From Bacteroidales bacterium (lineage in GTDB: Bacteria > Bacteroidota > Bacteroidia > Bacteroidales > Muribaculaceae), in the NCBI GenBank assembly GCA_030524805.1, contig JAUNFY010000002.1:11680-75679 (forward strand): 64,000 nt of DNA, in the 5' to 3' direction. Below are positions 42,453 through 51,056 of this stretch, piece after piece (position 1 is the stretch's first letter; each line of letters begins with the position of its first letter). The notes under the pieces were generated by a model. That model searched no databases and was not told where the DNA came from. It worked only from the letters and a program-made list of their open reading frames with translations. A program made the translations under genes and the position numbers.

Positions 42453-44174
42453 GTGCATGATCCATCGCAAAGAAAAAGTGTACAGAGCGAGTTTGTGGGT
42501 TTTAAACCAGTGTCGCGAAAGCATTATGATGCCCGTAGTCTTGGTTTGAAAGGTGATGGGGATAGTGATGATACTGATGCTCTTAATGAAGCGATAAGGC
42601 GGCTCAGCGGAGCGGGAGGTGGAATTATAGATTTCACCGATGGCACATTCTGTCTGCGCACGGTGCATCTCTTGAGCCATGTATGGCTTCATGTAGGAAA
42701 AGAGGCGGTTCTCAAGGCCATTCCCGGTCTTGACGAACATGAACCGACATGGTTTGCCGACTATAATCATGAGGCAGGTTTTGGCTCGTTTGATGAGTCG
42801 GTCTATGATCCTTTCGGCTGCTATATGGTGAAGCAAGACGTCGGTCATTCCTTTTTTCGCAATGCCATGTTCTATGCCATGCGCCAGGAAGATATCCGGA
42901 TATATGGAAGCGGGCGAATCACGGGCGATGGCGTGATCGACAGCGGAAATGGAGTGATGCGCCAGCCCGATGGATTGAGGGCCGATAAGATGATGTCGTT
43001 CAAATTGTGTAAAGACATTGAGGTGGGAGGCGAGAATTGTCCTGCCGACATGTGGTATGACGAGTTGGCGGATGGTCCGGTATATCTTGATGCGTATGGC
43101 AATATGGAACATAAGTCGGTCGGGAATATGCTCGACGTGGATCAGGGAGGGCATTTTGTGATCCTTGCCACTGGATGTGACGGCGTGAATGTGCATGATG
43201 TCAACTGCTGCCGCCTCAGCCTCAACCGCGCGAGGGATATGTTTGATTTCATGGCATGCAATGATGTATATGTCAGCAATATTTATTGCCGCAGGTGTGG
43301 CGATGACATTGTGAAATTAGGATCAGACTGCTCATTGGGCTATACCCGTCCGGCCCGAAACACATTCGTGAGGAATATAGTGGGCGACACCAACTGCAAT
43401 CTCTTCCAGATCGGGTCGGAAACGGCCGATGATATCACTGATGTGTGGGTGGATAATATCTATGTGCTTGGCACAAACAAAGCCGGATTCAGCATATCGA
43501 GCAACGATGGCGGCACTGTGGCGCGCGTCAGCTTAAACAGCGGCAAGACCGGACCGCTCCATCATCGTTCGGTAATGAAACGTACGCGCACTCCGTTGTT
43601 TCTTTCCATATCGAATCGCGGGCGTGTGATCGGAGGTGAGGTTGGCAGGTATGTATATCAGGAGAATGGCAAGACACGCAATGAGCTGCTTGTGAAAAAT
43701 GTGAACTTCGGGCGTGTTCAGGATATAGATCTGCGTCATTTCGACAGTAGTGAAATCTACGCCGGTTCGGATGGCTCCAACGACAGATGGCGTCCTTACG
43801 ATGGAAGTCAACCGGAATCAACGCCTATCATTGCCGGATTCAAACTTCCAGACAACGATCAGGTGGAAGGTGGCCTCGACTTTTATTTACCCGACGGACG
43901 CACGGTGGGTTATATAGAGAATGTCAGGCTCGAGGATATCAGTTTCACGGCAAAAGGAGGGCATCCTGCAGAAGATGCTTTGCTGAAGTGTCCGGAAATA
44001 GGAGTGGGGCATTTCAATATTCGAGATCTTGCCGTTCAACCCTCCTATGGCCTTTGGGCACGCCATGTGAAGAATCTTCAGCTTGAGGATGTATCTTTCA
44101 GTGTGGAGAAGCCTGATGGCCGTCCGGAAATCATCCTTGATGATGTGGTTTCATCCGACGATGACTGCAAATGA
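42453..44174 (+). CDS. Right-handed beta-helix protein, GH28-related / pectate-lyase-3-like; GTG start, no signal peptide
   Basis: LGLKGDGDSDDTDALNEAIRRLSGAGGGIIDFTDGTF (Pectate_lyase_3-type N-terminus). CGDDIVKLGSD (GH28-like GDD motif). The frame opens only at 42429 and the first usable start is GTG at 42453. Confidence 0.6.
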   Translation: MHDPSQRKSVQSEFVGFKPVSRKHYDARSLGLKGDGDSDDTDALNEAIRRLSGAGGGIIDFTDGTFCLRTVHLLSHVWLHVGKEAVLKAIPGLDEHEPTWFADYNHEAGFGSFDESVYDPFGCYMVKQDVGHSFFRNAMFYAMRQEDIRIYGSGRITGDGVIDSGNGVMRQPDGLRADKMMSFKLCKDIEVGGENCPADMWYDELADGPVYLDAYGNMEHKSVGNMLDVDQGGHFVILATGCDGVNVHDVNCCRLSLNRARDMFDFMACNDVYVSNIYCRRCGDDIVKLGSDCSLGYTRPARNTFVRNIVGDTNCNLFQIGSETADDITDVWVDNIYVLGTNKAGFSISSNDGGTVARVSLNSGKTGPLHHRSVMKRTRTPLFLSISNRGRVIGGEVGRYVYQENGKTRNELLVKNVNFGRVQDIDLRHFDSSEIYAGSDGSNDRWRPYDGSQPESTPIIAGFKLPDNDQVEGGLDFYLPDGRTVGYIENVRLEDISFTAKGGHPAEDALLKCPEIGVGHFNIRDLAVQPSYGLWARHVKNLQLEDVSFSVEKPDGRPEIILDDVVSSDDDCK

Positions 44175-44344
44175 ATTTGTATAAATAGTTAAGTACCTTT
44201 AAATAAGTAAATAAATTCGGAGGCTTTCGAAGTCAATGTTTCTTTCGGTGTCTTTTGCGGGTCTTCCGCCAAGTATCATCGGCTGCAACGCCAGCTTGCT
44301 CCCTTTTTCAACTTGCGGAATCCATCGTGAAATCCTTTCGAAAT

Positions 44345-44368
44345 AAATATCAATTCAAATATCAATTC
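44345..44368 (+). repeat. Perfect tandem 12-mer x2 upstream of the DUF362-like gene
   Basis: aaatatcaattc aaatatcaattc, flanked by the imperfect inverted repeat cgaaataaa/tttattcg (44339-44377). Confidence 0.85.
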
Positions 44369-44410
44369 GTTTATTCGAGCCATTTACAATAAAAGATCAT
44401 TAAATTCAAG

Positions 44411-45886
44411 ATGAATATGAAAAAAACGGTTTCCGCATTTTTTATCACTCTTTGTTGTGGATGCATCATGGCGCAGGGAGTGTGGAATAAAGAAAAATAT
44501 CCTGATGCAGAGCCAATTAATGAGTCGATTCTTTCAGAGTTTACCTGGACTCCGGGTGAAAGCAACCGTCCCGTCGGGGTCGCGAAGGGGATATATCCCG
44601 GCCGCGTAGTTATGGCGCGCTATCCCGAGGCCTGCAAATGGAAGGGTCGCTGGCAACTGAATGAAGACCAATGGTTTCTTGCTGAAAATACGGATATTGA
44701 CAAGTGCCGTGAGATGGTTTCGAAAACGCTTCAGACACTTACCGGCAGGAAAAACGATAAAAAGGCTTGGCAAGCGATCTTCAAGTATCACAATGGCGGT
44801 GATAAGGGCTACGAACGTGGTCAGATTGTGGCTGTGAAAGTAAATCTCAACAATGCCAAGGCCCGTGAGAAGAAGAGCAATATGAGCGATACATCCCCGC
44901 AGATGATCCTGGCCGTAATCGAACAGCTTGTAGAGGCTGCCGGCGTGGCAGCAGGAGATATTGTCGTCTACGATGGCCGGCGACCGATAGCAGCTGAAAT
45001 ACTTAATATTATATGGAATGAATATCCAGATGTGAAGTTTGTGCAAGATGATCCGGGAATCCGTGATTACCAACCGGTAAATCCAAAGACAGGTGACTAT
45101 TCGTTGTTGCAAAAGCCGGATTGGGTGGAGGCGATTTCCTATTCGCATGGTGATTTCAGCGGTGCGAAACTGATTCCGCGTCAAATCTTTGAAGCCGACT
45201 ATATAGTGAATCTTGCGATGCTGAAGCTCCATAGCTATCCTTACAATTATATGGAGGATGGAGATGAAGGACAGACAGGGGTGACCATGACAGCCAAAAA
45301 TCATGCGGGAAGCGTGAGGGCACCTTGGGAAATGCATCATTTCCTCAATACCTGTCAGGATGGCAAGCCGCATGCTTATTCGCCGTTGGTGGATCTTAAT
45401 GCTTCTCCGAATCTCGGAGCGAAGACCATAATCTATATGCTCGACGGCCTTTATTGCGGCCGAAAGCATGCCAGCTATCCGCTTCATTTCCCCAATGCAC
45501 CTTTCTTCAACAAAGTGGATGAGTATGAAAACACAGAATGGCCGGCATGTTTTCTCGCCTCGCTCGATGAGGTGGCATTGGAGTCGGTAGGCCTTGATCT
45601 GCTGTATGCCCAGAGCATAGATAATACCGAACCCGATTTTTACGATGTGCCCCGGATTCTTGTCCGCAACAACGCGAGCGATTATCTTCTGGAGATGGCC
45701 GATCCGCAGAACGCACCATCGGGAGTGAAGTATATGCAAGGCGGAAAACCGGTGGAGAGTCTTGGAGTGTTCGAGCATTGGGACAGCCCGGCAACTATGC
45801 GCTATTCGCGCAATCTCGATCCGAAGAAAGGCAAAGGCATCGAGTTCATCTACCTCCCGCTCGGCTCTGCAAAAAAAATATTTTGA
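44411..45886 (+). CDS. Secreted DUF362-like protein
   Basis: Signal peptide MNMKKTVSAFFITLCCGCIMAQG. IVAVKVNLNNA, SPQMILAVIEQLVEAAGVAAGDIVVYDG and LKLHSY...VTMTAKNHAGS resemble the DUF362 pattern (KPNl..., tHP..v.av...l...G, KtH...T...KN..G). Confidence 0.5.
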   Translation: MNMKKTVSAFFITLCCGCIMAQGVWNKEKYPDAEPINESILSEFTWTPGESNRPVGVAKGIYPGRVVMARYPEACKWKGRWQLNEDQWFLAENTDIDKCREMVSKTLQTLTGRKNDKKAWQAIFKYHNGGDKGYERGQIVAVKVNLNNAKAREKKSNMSDTSPQMILAVIEQLVEAAGVAAGDIVVYDGRRPIAAEILNIIWNEYPDVKFVQDDPGIRDYQPVNPKTGDYSLLQKPDWVEAISYSHGDFSGAKLIPRQIFEADYIVNLAMLKLHSYPYNYMEDGDEGQTGVTMTAKNHAGSVRAPWEMHHFLNTCQDGKPHAYSPLVDLNASPNLGAKTIIYMLDGLYCGRKHASYPLHFPNAPFFNKVDEYENTEWPACFLASLDEVALESVGLDLLYAQSIDNTEPDFYDVPRILVRNNASDYLLEMADPQNAPSGVKYMQGGKPVESLGVFEHWDSPATMRYSRNLDPKKGKGIEFIYLPLGSAKKIF

Positions 45887-45889
45887 TAT

Positions 45890-48556
45890 ATGAATAAAAC
45901 AGTATTTACTTCAATTATAATAACAGTAACGATGCAGCTTTGCTATGCTGAAAGCAACCAAAATTATAGTGAAGCATTCCCGTTGGTGCCGGATTATAAA
46001 AATTCGCTTTTAAATCAGTGGTCGAAAAAACCTGTGTCAGACTCTATTCTTGTCGATGATATGGAAACGGCAGGGAAATGGAAAGTCAAAGAAGGGCCGG
46101 TCACTATCAGTATAAGTGAAGATCGTGCTATAGATGGTAAAAGCTCCCTGAGATACAGAACCATCATGCGCGATACAGCACACCTGTCGAATCCTAAAAA
46201 CCGTACCGCATGGGGAACTTTTGGCGGAGAGCAGGGCGGTGGTTCAAAAGTCGGGCTTACTTTTGATACCCCGCAGGATTGGAGTGATTTCAATCGGGTT
46301 TCGGTGTGGGTGTATATCCATCCGACATCTACTCCAATCCATCACTTCTTTCTTGACATAGTGAATGAAGACACTGATTATAATACGGTCACTCCGCGTC
46401 ATGATTCCGTGATTGAAGACCTTACTCCCGGAGAATGGCATGAGGTGCTGTGGGAAATTTCGGATGTGCCGCGCGACAAGGTTAAGGAATTCAATATTTT
46501 CCAGACACTCATAGGCGTTGAACCGGGCAATGACTTATATGAGACATTTGATTTCGACCGTCTGCAATTACAGCGAGTGGAAGGGGATCATTATGATGGA
46601 TGGCAGATACCTGCCGGCAAGATTGCCTATTCACATGTAGGCTATCGTCCGGAAGATGCAAAAGTCGCAATTGTCAGGAGTTTAAGCGAAAAGACGTTTG
46701 AGATCATAGATGAAGATGGTAATATAGTATTCACCGGTATGCCGCAGCGAAAAGTCGACAATACCGGTGAGTATGACATATTGGATTTCTCAAGCCTTAA
46801 AGCGGATGGTACATATTCAATCAAATATGGTGATATTGTTTCCAATCCGTTTGCTGTGGATAAAGATGTGTGGTTGCTTCCGATCCATTCCGGTATAAAT
46901 TTCTATTATTGTCAGCGTTGTGGCTATGCGGTGGAGGGAATTCATGACGTGTGCCATCAGGACTGGACCGGTTTCCATGGCAATGAAGTCAAGAATATCA
47001 ATATGGGCTGGCATGATGCCGGCGATTTGTCGCAAGGTTATTTCCGCACAGCCATGGGCACATACGCATTGCTGCGCAATCTTGCCAATTTGAAAAAATC
47101 AAAGTCGGACAGGAATATAATTGAAAAACTTGAAGATGAAATAAAATGGGGACTCAAGTATCTTGTCAACAATCATTTCAGCGATGGACATCACATTTCG
47201 TGGGCGCGTCAGCGCATCTATAGCGACAACGTGAAGGGCACTGTCGATGATGTGGCCATCAAAACTGAAAATGTAGCATGGGAGAATTTTCTTGGAGCCG
47301 CCGTATTGACGTATGCGGCGGAAGTGTTGCCTGAACTCGACAGACAGTTTGCCAAGGAGATGAAAGCAGTGGCAATCGATAATTACAAAGAGGCAGTCAA
47401 GGCCGCGAGCAATCAGGTGCTGGAACTCAGTTGGGGAGCTACGGCAGCATCGTTGCTCTACAAGGCTACAGGCGATGCCGGTTATCGACAGGATGCCGAG
47501 AAATTCGGAAATCTCCTCACCGAATGTCAGGAACCCAATATAATAGGATCAGAACTTACGGTTACCGGCTATTTCTATACCTCACCCAAGAGGGAAAGGA
47601 TTGTTCAGAATAATCACAGTGCATTTTATGAGGCTCCCATTATAGCTTACAGAGTGCTGTGCGAGACGTTTCCCGATTCAGATAGCTGGATGGATTGGTA
47701 TGCGGGGGCCGTGCTTCATTCTGATTTTCTGCAGAAAAACGGTTCTCTTATCTCGGGGCCATTCGCGTTGGTGCCCAATGCTGTATATCGGCAGAGCGAT
47801 ATTGATGAGATGCGCAATGAGCGTCAGAAGTATTTCACTCAGGTGCAATATGATGATGGAACAAGACTTGACGATAATCGTATGATCCGAACCTTCCCGA
47901 TCTGGAGCAACGATCTTTTCCATGGTGGCACTTCATGTCATCTATCCAATTCGTGGGCTTTGGCTGAAGCTTCCTTGTTGCGGAGAGATGCCGAAGGGCT
48001 GGACCTTGTGGCCAAACAACTTGAATGGACGTTCGGAAGGAATCCCTTCACCCAAAGCTTTATGTATGGAGTAGGCTACAATTACACTCCGCAATTTGCC
48101 TACTGTACTAAAAATGTAGTGGGATCGCTGCCTGTAGGTATTGACTGCATGAGCGGCGACGCCCCTCATTGGAATGGTTCCGCCTATGCCACCTGCAAAG
48201 AGATGTGGATCGAGCCGGTGAGCCGTTGCATGGGTACTATGGCTGCCTATACGGAGAGGAATCTCAGTAAATCTGAACCGATCAATATCGTGGCAGAAGA
48301 AAGTGGCGATGATAAGATTCTGCTCAATGTAGATTCTTTTCCTTCAGATTGCTATCAGGTAGATGTAAGGTTATGGAATGCAGTGGCAGAAAACGTGCCA
48401 ACGGAAATTTCCAAGAATGTAAGTCGGCTATCGGTGCCTATAAAGGTTTCGGATACATCCAAACCGTATGTGGCGGTAGTGACGCTTTCCACACCGGGTG
48501 GTCGACGGATATCACGCGATTTTTCAGGTGTCGTAAGTTCCAGAACTAATAAATAA
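45890..48556 (+). CDS. GH9-like (alpha/alpha)6 protein with N-terminal CBM-like and Ig-like (CelD_N-type) domains
   Basis: IAYSHVGYRPEDAKVAIV (Ig-like N-domain), GWHDAGDLSQGY (GH9 DAGD motif), IKWGLKYLV, FGRNPFTQSFMYGVGYNY. The usual GH9 HHR motif was not seen. Confidence 0.5.
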   Translation: MNKTVFTSIIITVTMQLCYAESNQNYSEAFPLVPDYKNSLLNQWSKKPVSDSILVDDMETAGKWKVKEGPVTISISEDRAIDGKSSLRYRTIMRDTAHLSNPKNRTAWGTFGGEQGGGSKVGLTFDTPQDWSDFNRVSVWVYIHPTSTPIHHFFLDIVNEDTDYNTVTPRHDSVIEDLTPGEWHEVLWEISDVPRDKVKEFNIFQTLIGVEPGNDLYETFDFDRLQLQRVEGDHYDGWQIPAGKIAYSHVGYRPEDAKVAIVRSLSEKTFEIIDEDGNIVFTGMPQRKVDNTGEYDILDFSSLKADGTYSIKYGDIVSNPFAVDKDVWLLPIHSGINFYYCQRCGYAVEGIHDVCHQDWTGFHGNEVKNINMGWHDAGDLSQGYFRTAMGTYALLRNLANLKKSKSDRNIIEKLEDEIKWGLKYLVNNHFSDGHHISWARQRIYSDNVKGTVDDVAIKTENVAWENFLGAAVLTYAAEVLPELDRQFAKEMKAVAIDNYKEAVKAASNQVLELSWGATAASLLYKATGDAGYRQDAEKFGNLLTECQEPNIIGSELTVTGYFYTSPKRERIVQNNHSAFYEAPIIAYRVLCETFPDSDSWMDWYAGAVLHSDFLQKNGSLISGPFALVPNAVYRQSDIDEMRNERQKYFTQVQYDDGTRLDDNRMIRTFPIWSNDLFHGGTSCHLSNSWALAEASLLRRDAEGLDLVAKQLEWTFGRNPFTQSFMYGVGYNYTPQFAYCTKNVVGSLPVGIDCMSGDAPHWNGSAYATCKEMWIEPVSRCMGTMAAYTERNLSKSEPINIVAEESGDDKILLNVDSFPSDCYQVDVRLWNAVAENVPTEISKNVSRLSVPIKVSDTSKPYVAVVTLSTPGGRRISRDFSGVVSSRTNK

Positions 48557-48594
48557 AACAAAGTGATTTAAATATTAATATATTAAAGAGTAAC

Positions 48595-51045
48595 ATGAGA
48601 TATTTGGCTGTTTTTGTCAGTGGATTGCTGGCGGTAGCGCCTGCTTTTTGCAAGGATCTGCAGGTCACTTCTATTCCTCAGCAGGGTGACTTCCCGATTA
48701 TTGCTGCCGGGAATGTTTCCGATATTGTCATTGATGCAGATGATGCTCCGGTAGTCGCAGTGGCGGCAGAGGCAGTGGCCGGCGACATGAAGTTGATCAC
48801 CGGCAAAGACATGTCGGTGGTCAATATGGTTTCGTCTGATTGCCTTCCCATCATAGCGGGCACCATAGGCGAATCGGATTTTATCGACAGATTGGTAAAA
48901 GAGAAAAAGATAAAAGTAAAGGATGTAAAGGGAAAATGGGAGACATTCCTCATCCAGATTGTAGATAAACCTCTTCCCGGAGTTGCCAGGGCTCTCGTCA
49001 TTGCGGGCAGTGATCCCCGCGGCACAGCCTTCGGCCTTTTTCAACTTTCGAGACTTGCCGGGGTATCCCCTTATGTGTGGTGGGCTGACGTGATTCCTGA
49101 GGAACGGCCGGAATTATACGTCAGTGGCGATCCGATGATTTCCAAAGAGCCATCAGTACGGTTCCGGGGAATGTTTATCAACGATGAGGATTTCGGACTC
49201 AATCCTTGGGCTTCGAAGAAGATGGATCCGGAAAGGAAGAATATAGGACCGAACACTTATGCAAAGGTTGCCGAACTTCTTCTTCGACTCCGCGCCAATA
49301 CTTTATGGCCTGCCATGCATGCCTGTTCGGAAGCTTTCTGGGCAAATCCCGCCAATGTGGAGGTGGCCCGCCGATACGATATCGTCCTGGGCTCAAGCCA
49401 TTGCGAGCAGATGCTACGCGACAATGAATGGGAATGGAGAAGACAGGGACTTGGCGAGAAGGAGTGGAATTGGAAAACAAATAAAAAAATGGTTCAGGAT
49501 TACTGGGCAAAACGTGTTGGCGAGAGCCGTGGCATAGACGCCATGTATACTCTCGGAATGCGCGGAGTCCACGACACCGGCATGAATGGCTACACGGATG
49601 AGGACAGGGTGGAAGGACTGACCGATGTGATCAGATGGCAGCGTCAGCTGCTTGCCGACTCAATCGGCGACCCGTTGACGTTGCCGCAGATTTTCATACC
49701 GTATAAGGAAGTGCTTGAGGCATATAATGATGGCTTGAAAGTGCCGGAAGACGTCACTTTGTGTTGGGTAGACGACAATCATGGATACATCCGCCAGATG
49801 CCTACTCCTGAGGAGCAGAAGCGCAGTGGAGGCAATGGCATGTATTATCATCTATCCTATCTCGGCACTCCTGTGCCGTGGTGCTGGCTGTCGTCCGTGT
49901 CTCCATCCCTTGCTTCTTTCGAGCTTACGAAAGCGTATGACAATAATGTGAAGAAACTCTGGATCATCAATGTGGGTGACATCAAGCCTCAGGAGCCTGA
50001 ATTAGAATTCTGTATGGATCTGGCCTATGATATCAATTCTTATCCTCCGCTGACAGCATATCAGTATACGCGCGACTGGGCTGCCCGCACATTTGGAGAG
50101 GAGTTTGCCGATGCTATCGCGGATATCCGGCGTGTCAACTATCATCTTTCATCCGCCGGCAAGCCGGAACATATTTATGCCGTGCCCTACAGCATAAAGG
50201 AGCAGGATGCCAGAATCGCGGAATATGACCGGGTGATAGCCAAGATTGATTCTCTCCGCCCGCATATTCCCGCACGGCTTCAGGACGCGTATTACGAACT
50301 GGTGACCTATCCGGTGAAAGCAGCCGGATGGATGAATAAGAAAGTTTTCCGCGATCAGCAAAGCGAGAAATATGCCAAGGCCGGCATGAGAGATGAGGCT
50401 GTCAGGGCTTATGAGAATTCTGCGGCAGCCTATACGTCGATACATTCGGTGACAGACCATTACAATCGCAACATAGCCAATGGCAAATGGAATGGAATTG
50501 TCCGTTACCTGCCCTGGGGGCACGGACCTGCCTACAAAATGCCTACTGATTTCACTGATTCTGTCGCAAATGTGAAGACACCTCTTGATCTTGGCAGGGA
50601 GCAAGTGGTGAGGGGTGGCGATTATCAAGCCGCTTCCGTGACTGTCAGGGCCATCGAAGGTCTTGGCACTTCCGATTTCGCCGCCACTGTCTGGCCTTTG
50701 AATCATAAGGCTTACGAAGCGTCGGAGCTTGCCAAAGCACCTTATGTAGAGTATCTGGTGCCGGTCAAGCAAGGAGAAAACAAAATAGATGTGAGATGCC
50801 TGTCGTCATTCCCGCTGAATCCGAATTATGATCTTCGTGTCGGAGTGGCAGTGGATGAGAAGTCTCCCGAAGTGATATCGGTCAAGACCGAGGCAACAAA
50901 GGGAAAATGGCATCAGACCTCAATAGCCGGTTATTCACCGGCCAGGGTAAGCTACACCGCATCTCATGACGGCGATGTCAAGGTAAAAGTGTATCTTCTC
51001 GATCCGGGTGTAGTGGTAAATGATATCGTGTCTGCACCTATATGA
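48595..51045 (+). CDS. GH115 alpha-glucuronidase family protein
   Basis: Signal peptide. GSDPRGTAFGLFQLSRLAGVSPYVWWADV and VRFRGMFINDEDFGLNPW, typical GH115 N-terminal and catalytic regions. Confidence 0.75.
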   Translation: MRYLAVFVSGLLAVAPAFCKDLQVTSIPQQGDFPIIAAGNVSDIVIDADDAPVVAVAAEAVAGDMKLITGKDMSVVNMVSSDCLPIIAGTIGESDFIDRLVKEKKIKVKDVKGKWETFLIQIVDKPLPGVARALVIAGSDPRGTAFGLFQLSRLAGVSPYVWWADVIPEERPELYVSGDPMISKEPSVRFRGMFINDEDFGLNPWASKKMDPERKNIGPNTYAKVAELLLRLRANTLWPAMHACSEAFWANPANVEVARRYDIVLGSSHCEQMLRDNEWEWRRQGLGEKEWNWKTNKKMVQDYWAKRVGESRGIDAMYTLGMRGVHDTGMNGYTDEDRVEGLTDVIRWQRQLLADSIGDPLTLPQIFIPYKEVLEAYNDGLKVPEDVTLCWVDDNHGYIRQMPTPEEQKRSGGNGMYYHLSYLGTPVPWCWLSSVSPSLASFELTKAYDNNVKKLWIINVGDIKPQEPELEFCMDLAYDINSYPPLTAYQYTRDWAARTFGEEFADAIADIRRVNYHLSSAGKPEHIYAVPYSIKEQDARIAEYDRVIAKIDSLRPHIPARLQDAYYELVTYPVKAAGWMNKKVFRDQQSEKYAKAGMRDEAVRAYENSAAAYTSIHSVTDHYNRNIANGKWNGIVRYLPWGHGPAYKMPTDFTDSVANVKTPLDLGREQVVRGGDYQAASVTVRAIEGLGTSDFAATVWPLNHKAYEASELAKAPYVEYLVPVKQGENKIDVRCLSSFPLNPNYDLRVGVAVDEKSPEVISVKTEATKGKWHQTSIAGYSPARVSYTASHDGDVKVKVYLLDPGVVVNDIVSAPI

Positions 51046-51056
51046 TTTTCCATGAT

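Noticed and set aside
44314-44329. Half-match to the box (tGCGGAATccatcgtg) upstream of the DUF362-like gene
   Set aside because: The second half of the box is missing and no TAnnTTTG lies at 36 or 57 nt. It is probably a chance match.
44534-45778. 414-aa ORF on the minus strand
   Set aside because: It is antisense to the DUF362-like gene. The composition is Arg/His/Ile/Cys-rich and there is no signal peptide or motif. The plus-strand gene fits the operon spacing (its stop lies 3 nt before the next ATG).
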